Assembly: GCA_963813715.1 (NCBI GenBank)
Contig: CAWFAK010000016.1
Coordinates: forward strand, 160,001-224,000
Direction: 5' to 3'
Length of the DNA stretch: 64,000 nt
Source of the DNA: an uncultured Planctomycetaceae bacterium
GTDB lineage: Bacteria; Planctomycetota; Planctomycetia; Planctomycetales; Planctomycetaceae
Below the pieces are notes generated by a model. That model saw only the letters and a program-made list of their open reading frames with translations. It did not search any database and was not told where the DNA came from. A program made the position numbers and the translations under genes. This document shows positions 43,232-53,063 of the stretch, piece after piece. The stretch's first letter is position 1, and the number at the start of each line of letters is the position of its first letter.

Positions 43232-45481
43232 CTACGACGTCTTCGCCGTGTTGGTGATCACCGTCTGCTCGTAGACGCGGCTGGCGGCTGCGGTTTCCGC
43301 CGCCTTCGGTGTGGCCGGCGTGCCTGCGCCGCGTTCGTGCTTGCTCCACCACTCTTCGGCTTCTTCCACAGACCAGAGCCCGGCCGTCGGGCAGCGGGCG
43401 AGGAGTTGCGCAAGGTCGCGAGCGGTATGCGGCCGCTTGGTCGCGACTTCTCCAGGCACGACAAGATCGCGTGCTCTAACTCGCTCGAGACGGGTTTGCC
43501 GAGCCGCTGCGAAGGCAGATCGGGAACTGCGCTCACGTGCTGCTGGTACAGCTCGACGATGCTTGTCGCGTCGAAGACCGGCGTGCCCGTAAGCAGGAAA
43601 TAGCCGACCGCGCCGACGGCGTAGAGATCGCTCCGCGCGTCGACCGAGTTCGGGGTCTGAATGGCCTCGGGCGGCATGTAGAGGGGCGTGCCTGTGAGCG
43701 AGTTGGCCGCCGTCATGCCCGATTGCTTTTGCTCGTCGATCGCCTTGACCAGTCCGAAATCGAGCACCTTGACCACGTCCGCGTCGCAGCCCGCGGCGGT
43801 TGAGCATGATATTGGCCGGCTTGATGTCGCGATGCACGAGCCCCAACGTGTGAGCTTCGTAAAGCGATCCACAAATTTGCGTGAGGATGCGAATCACGCG
43901 CGGCTCAGGCTGCGGGCCGTACTTTTCGACGAGGGCCTGCAGGTCGATGCCGTCGAGGAACTCCATCGCGTAGTAGAAGACGCCTTCCGGAGTCCGCCCG
44001 TAATCGTAGATGGCCACCGTGTTGGGATTGTTGAGCTGGCAGGTGAGCTGCACTTCGCGCTCGAATCGCTGAATCGAGGCATCGTTCACCTTGTCGACGT
44101 CGAGCATCTTGATGGCGGTTGGGCGGCGGAGCATGGCATGGTGCCCCTTGTAGACGACGCCCATTGCCCCCGCGCCCATCTTCGCGTCGAGCGTGTATTG
44201 TCCCAGCTGTTTGGCCTCGATTTCGGCTTTCTGGGCCTCGCGACGCAGTCGAGCGACGATCACCGTGAACACGAAGATTGCCAGCGCGCTCACGCCCAAC
44301 AGGATGTACAGAGCCCAAAAAGTCCGCTGCAGGATGATCAGCGGCTGAAACGCCTCGGTCGCGTCGATCTCGGTCGCCACGCCGATGTCGTACTTGGGCA
44401 GCCACGTCCAGGCCCCGACGACCGTCGAGCCTCGATAGTCCCGGTAGCCGTCGACATCGACGCCCGATTTTCCGGCCACCGCGTCCGCCGCCATCCGCGT
44501 CAGCGGCAGTTCCGACCGCCGGACGTTCGGGCGGAATCCAGCCGTCATGTCGCCCTGCGGATCGCGGACCTGCAACGTGACGATCGAATGCGCGTTGGCC
44601 TGATCAGGCAGCAGCCCCAGCAGGATCAAGCCCTCGTCGAAACGGCTGTTGGAGACTAGCAGGCCCGACTTGTCGAAGGCGTAAGTCTCGCCCGTATCGC
44701 CAATGCGTCCCAATTGCATGATCTGCGTGAATTCGTTTTCAGGACGCAACCTCAGGCCGAGCGCGGCGACCACCTGGAAATTCGCGTCGCGGACCGGCGC
44801 GCAAACGAACATGGTCGGCACGCCGGTGCGAATGCGACCCGATTCGTCCTTCATCACGGCGACGCTGGCAAATGGGGGCGAGACGACCGTCTCTCCCTCG
44901 AGGGCCCGGCTGAGGAAGCTCTCGTATTCGGGGATGTCGCTGCGGCCGACGAGATCCTCGTACGACGAAGCGATGATCCGCCGAGTCTTGTCGGCAACCA
45001 GATAGCCAACGGAGCCCTGCGACGAGAGTGCCGGTGCCAGCCGCTTCCGCAGCTGCTGTTGCGCACCTGCGACTGTTTTCGCGTCGACAGCGGCCTGCCC
45101 GGCCTCCGATTGGGCCAGCAGTTGATAAACGCCTTCGCGCACCTGCGGATCGTTGGCGAGCGTGGTCGCATTCGACGTCTGTACCCGCGCCCAACTCTCC
45201 AACATTGCCGACTCGACATTCAACAACGTCTGCAACTGCGACCGCAGGTTGCTCTTCATCGTCGATTCGATGGCGCGGCGGACGCCGAAGGCCAGCACGG
45301 CCAGCAGGACCGTGGCGACGATCGGCCAAATCCAGATCTGCCGTTTGAGAAACACGCCGGTGCGGGTGACCGTGCGGCCGATGCTCTTGGATGCCCAGGT
45401 GATGTTGGGCGAGCGCGGATTGCCCCTCTGCCTCGAGGAGAAAAAGGGGTTCGAGGAGAGAAACGACCTCAGCCAACTCAT
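43232..45481 (-). CDS. Membrane Ser/Thr kinase with extracytoplasmic Cache-like sensor; frameshifts near 43792 and 43441
   Basis: Two TM helices flanking a domain with [46 protein letters not shown] in the shifted frame. Confidence 0.9.
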   Translation of the reverse strand: MSWLRSFLSSNPFFSSRQRGNPRSPNITWASKSIGRTVTRTGVFLKRQIWIWPIVATVLLAVLAFGVRRAIESTMKSNLRSQLQTLLNVESAMLESWARVQTSNATTLANDPQVREGVYQLLAQSEAGQAAVDAKTVAGAQQQLRKRLAPALSSQGSVGYLVADKTRRIIASSYEDLVGRSDIPEYESFLSRALEGETVVSPPFASVAVMKDESGRIRTGVPTMFVCAPVRDANFQVVAALGLRLRPENEFTQIMQLGRIGDTGETYAFDKSGLLVSNSRFDEGLILLGLLPDQANAHSIVTLQVRDPQGDMTAGFRPNVRRSELPLTRMAADAVAGKSGVDVDGYRDYRGSTVVGAWTWLPKYDIGVATEIDATEAFQPLIILQRTFWALYILLGVSALAIFVFTVIVARLRREAQKAEIEAKQLGQYTLDAKMGAGAMGVVYKGHHAMLRRPTAIKMLDVDKVNDASIQRFEREVQLTCQLNNPNTVAIYDYGRTPEGVFYYAMEFLDGIDLQALVEKYGPQPEPRVIRILTQICGSLYEAHTLGLVHRDIKPANIMLNRRGLRRGRGQGARFRTGQGDRRAKAIGHDGGQLAHRHAPLHAARGHSDPELGRRAERSLRRRRGRLFPAYGHAGLRRDKHRRAVPAARERSSRSAFAAARQTRLERVRARDLVVPGEVATKRPHTARDLAQLLARCPTAGLWSVEEAEEWWSKHERGAGTPATPKAAETAAASRVYEQTVITNTAKTS

Positions 45482-45830
45482 TCTCGACGTCCCCACCCTC
45501 TGCCGCGGATTGCTCGTGTTGCCAACGTACGCCCCAAGCCGTCGCCATCCGGTGCGTACGCTTCGTGGAGGCCCGATTCCAATTGCTGGTTCATCCAAAG
45601 GTCTATTATGACGAATGAGCGCGACCCCGAGCAAAATCAATCGGTCCAAAGAGTCGCGCGGGGGGTGAGCCCTCGTGCTTCACCCCGATTGCGGCCGTCC
45701 GGCGGTCAAAACAGCTGTAGTGGCGGCCCGTTTGACCCCCTCCTATAATTCGCTGCCCGCCCGTCAGGTCCGTCGATATCTGCAGGCCCGTCGCTATCTG
45801 CCGGGCCCGGCGGTATCAGGAGTTTCCCGT

Positions 45831-46941
45831 ATGAACAGCGAACTTAAGCAGGCTTTTCAGGAGATCAGTCGACGTATCGTCCATCTCCGGGACTCTCTTT
45901 GACTACGATCAGAAGCTCAAACGCGCTGACGAAATCAACCAAACGATGGCGGGGTCCGGCTTTTGGGACGACGCCGACAAGGCCCAAAAGCTCGTCGGCG
46001 AGCTGCGGACTCTCACCAACTCGATCAAGCCCGTCAAAGAACTCTTCTCGCAGTTCGACGATCTCGGCGTGTTGATGGAATTTGCCGAGGAGGATTCTTC
46101 CGGCGACAGCGAGACCGAATTCAAGTCGGCCCTGACGGCCATCGGTCCCAAGCTCGACGCCGTCGAGCTGCAGGCCACGATGTCTGATCCCGCCGACGTG
46201 ATGGGCGCGTTCGTCGCCATTCAAGCGGGCGAAGGGGGAACCGACTCGGCCGACTGGGCCGAGATGCTCCTCCGCATGTACGACCGCTGGGCCGAGGATC
46301 ACGGCTTCGAGCGCGAACTCCTGGAAACGTCGCCGGCCGAAGAAGCGGGCATCCGCAACGCGACATTGGCCATCCGCGGCGATTACGTGTTCGGCCATCT
46401 CAAGGGAGAAACGGGCAACCATCGACTGATTCGCATCAGCCCGTTCGACTCGGCCGGCCGCCGGCACACGTCCTTCGCGGCCGTCGACGTGACGCCCGCT
46501 ATCGATGACGAGACGGTGATCGAAGTCGACTTCGCCAACGATGTCCGCGAGGACACGTATCGCGCGGGCGGCGCGGGCGGCCAGCACGTCAACAAGACCA
46601 GCTCGGCCATCCGGCTCACGCACCTGCCAACAAATGTGGTAGTGCAGTGTCAGAACGAACGCAGCCAGCACAAGAACCGGGCGCTAGCCCGCAAGATGCT
46701 CGTGGCCAAGCTCTATCAACTCGACCGCGAGAAGAAGGCCAAGGAAGCGGCCGACCGTCGCGGACTGAAATCCAAGATCGGCTTCGGCGGCGAAACGATC
46801 CGCAATTACGTGCTGCACCCGGATCAGTTCGTCAAAGACACCCGCACCGGCCAGAAGTCCGGCAATCCCACGAACGTGCTCAACGGCGAACTCGATCCGT
46901 TCATTGAAGAGTATTTGCGTTGGTCGCTGTCGAAGGATTAA
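45831..46941 (+). CDS. prfB: Peptide chain release factor 2, programmed +1 frameshift at CTT TGA C (45897-45903)
   Basis: MNSELK...RDSL then DYDQKLK in the +1 frame; SPF and GGQ motifs; TATAAT at 45744 and AGGAG RBS. Confidence 0.97.
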
Positions 46942-46962
46942 CCGGCGCGGCTCGAACAGTGA

Positions 46963-48273
46963 TCATCCCACGCTTTCCGACGAGCGGAAGAATCGCTTGG
47001 ACTTCATTTCCGAGCGGGGGAGCGTGCCCGGGGCGGCCGTCACGATTTCGGCCTGGAAGTGCAGGCGATCGCGGATCGCGTGGCTGACGTCTTCCAGGAG
47101 CGGGCCGGATGCCGCGGCCGTGTGCGGCTCTATGGTGATCTTGATGTGCTGCATCGCGCGGCGCGTCTCCACGTCGATGCGGTACTCCGCAATCTCGGAG
47201 AATTCGCGGAGAATCCCCTCGATGCTTGCGGGGAAGACGTTGTTGCCGCGAATGGTCACCATGTCGTCCAGACGCCCGAGGATGCCACCCGCCAGCCGGA
47301 GCAAATGGCGACCGCAGGGGCAGGGATTCGTGTCGGCGACGACGAGGTCGCCGGTCCGGTAGCGGAAGAGAGGCGAGCCAGTGCGGCCCAAGTTCGTGAC
47401 CACCAATTCGCCTTGGCTGCCGGCGGGCACGGGCTGTTGCGTCGCCGGGTCCAGAATCTCGGCAATGCACTCGGATTCGAGCAAGTGCAGGCCGCCCGGA
47501 TTCTCCGGACATTCGACCGCGAGCGGCCCGACCTCGGTCATGCCCCAGTGATCGAAGACCCGCGCGCCCCAACTCTTCTCGACGACGGCCCGAATGGCCC
47601 GCACGCTGCCTCCCGGCTCGCCGGCGACGATGATCGAACGGACCGAGGTGTCGGCCAAATCGATGCCCTCCTCGGCGGCGACTTCCGCCAACCGCAGCGC
47701 ATAGGTGGGCGTACAGCAGACGACCGTGGCCCGGTTGTCGCGGATCATTTGCAGACGCGCCTGGCTGCTGAGTCCGCCCGCCGGCAGGCAGAGCGCACCC
47801 AGGCGGCTGGCGGCGTCGAAGGCCGCCCAAAACCCGAGAAACGGTCCGAACGAGAACGGAAAGGCGACGACATCTGCGGCCGTTGTCTCCGTGATTTCAA
47901 AGATCTGCCGCCAACACGACGTCACCCAATCCCAGCTCGTCGGTGTGTCGAGCCAGCGGAGCGGAGCGCTGCTCGTCCCCGACGTTTGATGCAGCCGGCT
48001 GTAGCGGTGGACGGATTCGGTGAAATTGGTGCCGTAGGGCGGCGTTGCCTGTTGGTCCTCGAGCAACTCCTTCTTCTGTGTCGTGGGCAACCGTGTCAGA
48101 TCGGCCGGCGCTTGCAAATCCTCCGGCCGGCAGCCGGCGTCGGCGAATTTCCCGGTCCAGAACCGATTGCCGGGGATCACAGCCGCCACCAACTGCCGCA
48201 GCCGTTCGGCCTGATGGCGTTGTAATTGTTCGCGATCGGGCTGAGGCGGTTGGCCGGTCGAACGTTGCGTCAT
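46963..48273 (-). CDS. Phenylacetate-CoA ligase family adenylate-forming enzyme
   Basis: QTSGTS, TPTY, GEPGG, HWGMTE, RYRTGD, GRLDDM, SEMKSKR. Confidence 0.88.
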   Translation of the reverse strand: MTQRSTGQPPQPDREQLQRHQAERLRQLVAAVIPGNRFWTGKFADAGCRPEDLQAPADLTRLPTTQKKELLEDQQATPPYGTNFTESVHRYSRLHQTSGTSSAPLRWLDTPTSWDWVTSCWRQIFEITETTAADVVAFPFSFGPFLGFWAAFDAASRLGALCLPAGGLSSQARLQMIRDNRATVVCCTPTYALRLAEVAAEEGIDLADTSVRSIIVAGEPGGSVRAIRAVVEKSWGARVFDHWGMTEVGPLAVECPENPGGLHLLESECIAEILDPATQQPVPAGSQGELVVTNLGRTGSPLFRYRTGDLVVADTNPCPCGRHLLRLAGGILGRLDDMVTIRGNNVFPASIEGILREFSEIAEYRIDVETRRAMQHIKITIEPHTAAASGPLLEDVSHAIRDRLHFQAEIVTAAPGTLPRSEMKSKRFFRSSESVG

Positions 48274-48669
48274 GGTGGATAACTGCAGGCGATCGCGCCG
48301 CCATTCCTGATCGTTGACGGCCGTGATGACTCGAGCGCGGGCGCTTCGGGGCTCCGCGGGGCGCCAAAAATCCGTTCACCCGGCACCTTCGTTGAAGATA
48401 CCGCAAACGTGCAAATCCGCACCAGTCGCAGCGTTTTCCAAACGGCGCAACTCTCACGCACAGCAGCCATTTCTCTCCGAGCGGCGGCGTCTGCAGGGCG
48501 AACGCATCGTCAAGCGCTATCACGATTTGGAGTTGTCGTCATCGGCATGCAATTTGGCGCGACTTCGCCAACCCGAATTCTCAAGTCGCTCCACGGGCGG
48601 CGTCGATCAAACCACAACACGGCCGACCGGGGGCCAAGGTCCGTCTGCGAAGACTGGGGAACTTTTTGC

Positions 48670-49507
48670 ATGTCCGCCGACTCCGGCAGAGAACTGTTCC
48701 GTCTCGGTTTTTTGACGGCCATCGAAGTCCCTGACCGCGGCTACGTCGGCGGCCTCTTGGTCACGAACCAGTTTGGCCGCCCGCTCGAATTCCAGTGCAC
48801 GGCGCCGCTCAAGCCGAACCGCACGCAGGAAATCCTCTACGGCCCGACGCTCGTTCCGTATGTGCTCGGCGACCTGATCGGCCGCACGCTGATCGAGAAG
48901 GTCGGCGTCAAGCCGCACATCGTGCTCACCGAACGGCACGAACTGCTCGGCTTGCGCGATCTGGTGGAGATTCCCGTCGCCAGCGTGCACGACATGCCCG
49001 CGAACGGATCGCCGATCGCCGTGGCCGAAGCGTCGACCGCAAGCGAATCGGCCGAGTCCGAGGCGAGCGAGGGGCGCGATGAATTGCGGGCGATGGAGCC
49101 GGTGGTCGTCGACCAACCGTTGGCTGCGGACGCGGACGAGTCGGGCGGCGCTGCCGGGCCTGATTCGCTCGACCTCGATTCTCGAGGCGTCGATTTCCGA
49201 GCCGGCACTCGCGCTCGACAGCGGGACCTCGAACGGTGGATCGCCGGGCAGCGTGCTGGAACCGACTCGCTTGGACGAAGCGGCCGAACGGACGCGCCGT
49301 TCTAAGCGAACGAAAACACCGTCCGAGGATTGCTCGCCAATTCAGCTTGGTCGACAGATGCTGCGGTTTCACAGAGCTCACGCGGGCGACCGTTCGATTG
49401 CCAGCCGTGGAGCCGAGGTCGTGCCCAATAACGCCGATCTACGCGAGCCCTTCGAGCGAGTCCGCGAAGCGCTCGGCGAGACGGCTCGGCTGGGAGGCTC
49501 GCGGTGA
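48670..49507 (+). CDS. Hypothetical protein; frameshift near 49170-49200
   Basis: LGFLTAIE...[27 protein letters not shown]-terminus [13 protein letters not shown] in another frame; GTGA overlap with the helicase. Confidence 0.75.
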
Positions 49508-51396
49508 CCGGCGATCCGGTGAGCGACGCAATCATCCAGGTCCAGCATCCGGAGGGCGAACATCCGGAGATTCAACGTCCGGAGGTGGTCGACTCCTCCG
49601 TCGAATGCAGCGAACTGCCGCTGGAGATGGCGACCGACGTCTTTGCCGCCGGCATGAACGGCGCCCTGCGTCGCAGCCCGGCGGTTGAAGCCTCTCCGTC
49701 GAACCTCATCGACCGCGTCGGACTTAACCCGACTTGGCGTCCACAGCGGCCGCACCTCGTGACGTTCCGCCTGCTGTTTCCCGAAGGCGCGGGCTTCCTC
49801 CCGCCCAAGGCGCCGCGTCCGCCCGAAGAAAAACTGCGAACGATCGAGCCGCCCGCCGCCGACACTCCCGAAGCAGAGCCGCGTCGTCCCGGTCGCACGC
49901 GGCTGCGGCCGCCGCAAGACGCCCTGTCGCTGCAGGACCGACTCTTCTACTTGTTGCAGCCGCCGCTCGAGAGCTGGCTGGCCGGGCAAGAGGTGGTGAT
50001 GCCCTTCGAGCCGTTCGCCTTTCAGTACGAGGGGATCGCCTGGCTCTTCTCGCAGAACGCGGCCTTGCTCGCCGACGAAATGGGGCTGGGCAAGACCATG
50101 CAGGCGATTACCGCCATCCGCCTCTTGATGCGCAGCGGCCAGGCCCGACGCGTGCTGTTGATCTGTCCCAAGCCGCTGATTCCCAACTGGCAGCGTGAAT
50201 TCAAGCTGTGGGCGGAAGAGCTGCCGGTGATTCTGTTGGAAGGTGACGCGAGCCGCCGCAAAATGCTCTGGACGATGCCTGGCATCAATGTGCTGATCGC
50301 CAATTACGAGCTGATGTCCCGCGACCTCGAGGAACTGGTCGACGCCGACTTCCCGCGGCTCGACCTGCTGGTTCTGGACGAGGCGCAGCGAATCAAGAAT
50401 CGGGAATCGCGGACGGCCCAAGTCGCACGGTCGATTCCGCGGAGGCGGAGCTGGGCGCTCACGGGAACACCGATCGAGAATCGACCCGAGGAGCTGTCGT
50501 CGCTCTACGAGTTTTTGGAGGTCGTGCCGCCGCGGGCCGACCCGGATCTCAAGCAACTGCAGAAACTCTCGAAGACCTACATCCTGCGGCGCACCAAGGA
50601 TCGGGTGATGACGGATCTGCCGCCGCGCCTCGATCGCGACGAGCACCTCGAGCTGTCGCCCGCCCAGCAGCTCGCCTACAAGACTGCTGAGAAGGAAGGC
50701 GTCATCCACCTCAACGAACTGGGCGACTCGATCTCAGTGCAGCACGTGTTCGAGCTGGTGTTGCGGCTGAAGCAGATCACGAATTTCGACCCGCTCACCG
50801 GCGAGAGCGCGAAGCTCGACCGGCTGCTGGCCGAAATGGAAGAAATTGCCGAGAGCAACGGCAAAGCCATTCTGTTCAGCCAGTGGACCAAGGCGCTCGA
50901 CTGGCTCGACGAGCGGCTCAAACCGTTCGGCCCGCTTATTTACCACGGCGGCGTGCCGACCGCGAAACGCGAACCGGTGCTCAAGCGATTCAAAGAGGAT
51001 CCCGACAGCCACCTGCTCCTGATGAGTTACGGCACCGGGGCCGTCGGGCTCAATCTGCAGTTTGCCGGCTATGTCTTCTTGTTCGATCGCTGGTGGAACC
51101 CGGCCGTCGAGGACCAGGCGATCAACCGGGCCCATCGCATCGGTCAGAAGAACCCGGTGATCGTCACGCGGTTCATCTCGAAAGACACAATCGAAGAGCG
51201 GATCGACACCGTGCTGCGGCAAAAGCGCGAGCTGTTCGCCTCGGTGCTGGGCGACGGAGCAACGACCAACGCCTCGCTCAGCATGTCGGCGGCGGAAATC
51301 TTTGGCCTGTTCGATCTGAAATCGCGCGACGCCCGCGGGATGAAGTCCGTCTCGCCGCCTGAACCGACGAATGGCGAAACCACGGCCGCGGCCTGA
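49504..51396 (+). CDS. SNF2-family (SF2) helicase/ATPase
   Basis: [54 protein letters not shown]. Confidence 0.95.
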   Translation: MTGDPVSDAIIQVQHPEGEHPEIQRPEVVDSSVECSELPLEMATDVFAAGMNGALRRSPAVEASPSNLIDRVGLNPTWRPQRPHLVTFRLLFPEGAGFLPPKAPRPPEEKLRTIEPPAADTPEAEPRRPGRTRLRPPQDALSLQDRLFYLLQPPLESWLAGQEVVMPFEPFAFQYEGIAWLFSQNAALLADEMGLGKTMQAITAIRLLMRSGQARRVLLICPKPLIPNWQREFKLWAEELPVILLEGDASRRKMLWTMPGINVLIANYELMSRDLEELVDADFPRLDLLVLDEAQRIKNRESRTAQVARSIPRRRSWALTGTPIENRPEELSSLYEFLEVVPPRADPDLKQLQKLSKTYILRRTKDRVMTDLPPRLDRDEHLELSPAQQLAYKTAEKEGVIHLNELGDSISVQHVFELVLRLKQITNFDPLTGESAKLDRLLAEMEEIAESNGKAILFSQWTKALDWLDERLKPFGPLIYHGGVPTAKREPVLKRFKEDPDSHLLLMSYGTGAVGLNLQFAGYVFLFDRWWNPAVEDQAINRAHRIGQKNPVIVTRFISKDTIEERIDTVLRQKRELFASVLGDGATTNASLSMSAAEIFGLFDLKSRDARGMKSVSPPEPTNGETTAAA

Positions 51397-51507
51397 CCGA
51401 CGAGCCGACTGTCCCGCGCGCGGGACTTCCTCGCCCCAGTTCTGCGTTCCTCAAAAAGTGTCCGGACCGGATTCCGACCGACTGCAGTCGGCCCATCATC
51501 GGCTGCC

Positions 51508-51591
51508 GGGGATCCTGTCTCCCTCTAGTGAAAAAGGATCCCCATCACCGCCGGGGATCCTTTGTCATCCCCGCCGGGAACAAAGATCCCC
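51508..51591. repeat. Two tandem GGGGATC...GATCCCC hairpins
   Basis: 51508-51543 and 51553-51591. Confidence 0.7.
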
Positions 51592-51618
51592 ACCAGACAA
51601 TTCTTGACCAGTCAGCTC

Positions 51619-51705
51619 GGGTGGCACTGGCGGCTTGTCCGCCAGTGGGCTTTCCGGTTCATTAGGTCCGAAGGACCGCTGGCGGACGAGCCACCAGCAA
51701 CACCC
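51619..51705. repeat. REP doublet (REPIN-like) with 30-bp arms
   Basis: GGGTGGCACTGGCGGCTTGTCCGCCAGTGG and an inverted copy at 51676-51705, 24/30 match; left arm self-palindromic. Confidence 0.75.
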
Positions 51706-51762
51706 CCGCCTCATTGCGAACAGGCGGCGGTCGCAGCGACGTCCCAAATTCACCGGGATACG

Positions 51763-52123
51763 CTCGATGAAACAACGTGTCCCGTCCCGATCCCGTCCCC
51801 ACCGCCACTTGCGACGGCATTGGGTCAACTACTTTGGTGGGTCAACTACCTAGTGAAACAAAATGCCCCGACCCACCGACCAACCTCTTTTCGCCTCCCA
51901 CATTCTCTCGATGTTTCTCGATGAAACAACGTGTCCCGTCCCGTCGTTGGTCCAAAGTCCCGCGGTCCAAGGTCCAAAGTCAGGATTGCGAGCCTCTGGT
52001 TTTCGACCTTAGACCTTGGACTTCCTCGTGTCCCGTCCCAATCTGTCCCGTCCCGACCTGCGACCGGGCGTTGGGTCACGAATTTCGTGGGTCATCCTCA
52101 TGAGAAAAAATTCGTGACCCAAC
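51763..52123. repeat. Two tandem homologous units starting with an identical 27-mer and ending in TGGGTC...GACCCA hairpins
   Basis: ctcgatgaaacaacgtgtcccgtcccg at 51763 and 51917; perfect 16-bp inverted repeat 52070-52085/52108-52123. Confidence 0.8.
51949..52022. repeat. Heptamer inverted-repeat element nested in the second unit
   Basis: ggtccaa agtcc.. ggtccaa ggtccaa agtc ... gacctta gaccttg gact. Confidence 0.7.
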
Positions 52124-52266
52124 CCCCAGTGTTTCTCCCTATGCCATTCCGCTCTACGCCATTCCGCTCAACCCCGATGCGCAAAGAGTCCGCTCTCTCC
52201 ATTCAGCCACAAAAACGGGATCCGTCCAAGATCAGTTTTCGCGGAATCCAGGATGACGACGCGGAT

Positions 52267-52386
52267 GGGTGGCCGGGCCGGACGCTCCGCAAGGCGGAAG
52301 CCCCGGACCATCGGCTAACCTGCGGGCGTCGCAAAAGACGCATCTCTCGCCGGGGGCTTCCGCAAGGCGGAGCGCCCCCGCCACCC
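52267..52386. repeat. REPIN/MITE-like inverted-repeat element, copy B
   Basis: Reverse complement shares an identical 29-mer and the ggttagYcga..gtccggggcttccgc segment with 7064-7186. Confidence 0.75.
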
Positions 52387-52411
52387 GGCCGGATTACAGT
52401 CGCAAGCATCA

Positions 52412-52978
52412 TCAGCCGGGACCCAGCTCGCAGCGGAGCCACGCTCGGGCATACGCCCAGTGGCGATTAGCGGTGGCCCGCGAGATCCCCAACATCTCGG
52501 CTGCCTCGTCGATCGAACAGCCGGCAAAGTACCGTAGCTCGACAGCCCGAGCCGCCTCCGGCTCCTCGGCAGCAAACCGCGTGAGCGCCTCATCGAGGGC
52601 CAGAATCTTCTCCGAGGTCGGCGCAACGGCCGGCTCGGCATCGTTGAGCGAAACTCGCTCCAATCCGCCGCCGTGCTTGATCCGCGATTTTCGCCGGGCG
52701 TTCTCGACCAGGATTCGCCGCATGGCCTCGGCGGCCGCCGCAAAAAAATGGGCCCGGCCGTCCCAGTGTTGTGCCTCTTTGTCCCCCGAGCCGACGAGCC
52801 GCAGATACGCCTCATGCACGAGTGCCGTCGCATCGAGCGTCTGCCCCGGTTTTTCGGCGGCCATTTTCCCCGCTGCGAGTCGCCGCAGCTCGTCGTACAC
52901 GCGCGGCAGCAGTTGCTCCGCCGCTTCGGAATTACCGTCGATCATCGCGTGCAGAAGGTGTGTAACGTCGTTCGGCAT
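52412..52978 (-). CDS. ECF sigma factor, TIGR02999 (planctomycete kinase-associated) type
   Basis: LLPRVYDELRRLAA, TLDATALVHEAYLRL, AHFFAAAAEAMRRILV, VELRYFAG, WAYARAWL. Confidence 0.93.
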   Translation of the reverse strand: MPNDVTHLLHAMIDGNSEAAEQLLPRVYDELRRLAAGKMAAEKPGQTLDATALVHEAYLRLVGSGDKEAQHWDGRAHFFAAAAEAMRRILVENARRKSRIKHGGGLERVSLNDAEPAVAPTSEKILALDEALTRFAAEEPEAARAVELRYFAGCSIDEAAEMLGISRATANRHWAYARAWLRCELGPG

Positions 52979-53063
52979 TGCAGTCGTCAGGTATCGTAGG
53001 GCGAGCTGCCATGCCAGCTTGCCGTGTCCGCGAAATCGGCGCTGTGCCTCGGATTAAACTACA

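Noticed and set aside
49504..51396. SNF2 gene as part of a defence system (e.g. DISARM/Zorya-type)
   Set aside because: No methylase, nuclease or other defence partners adjacent; host-like composition
51763..51943. CRISPR array from the identical 27-bp repeats
   Set aside because: Only two copies, separated by 127 bp, and no cas genes
52070..52123. Integron attC site (arms match GTTRRRY and RYYYAAC)
   Set aside because: The boxes are in the reverse order to attC, the stem has no extrahelical bases, and there is no integrase or cassette ORF nearby
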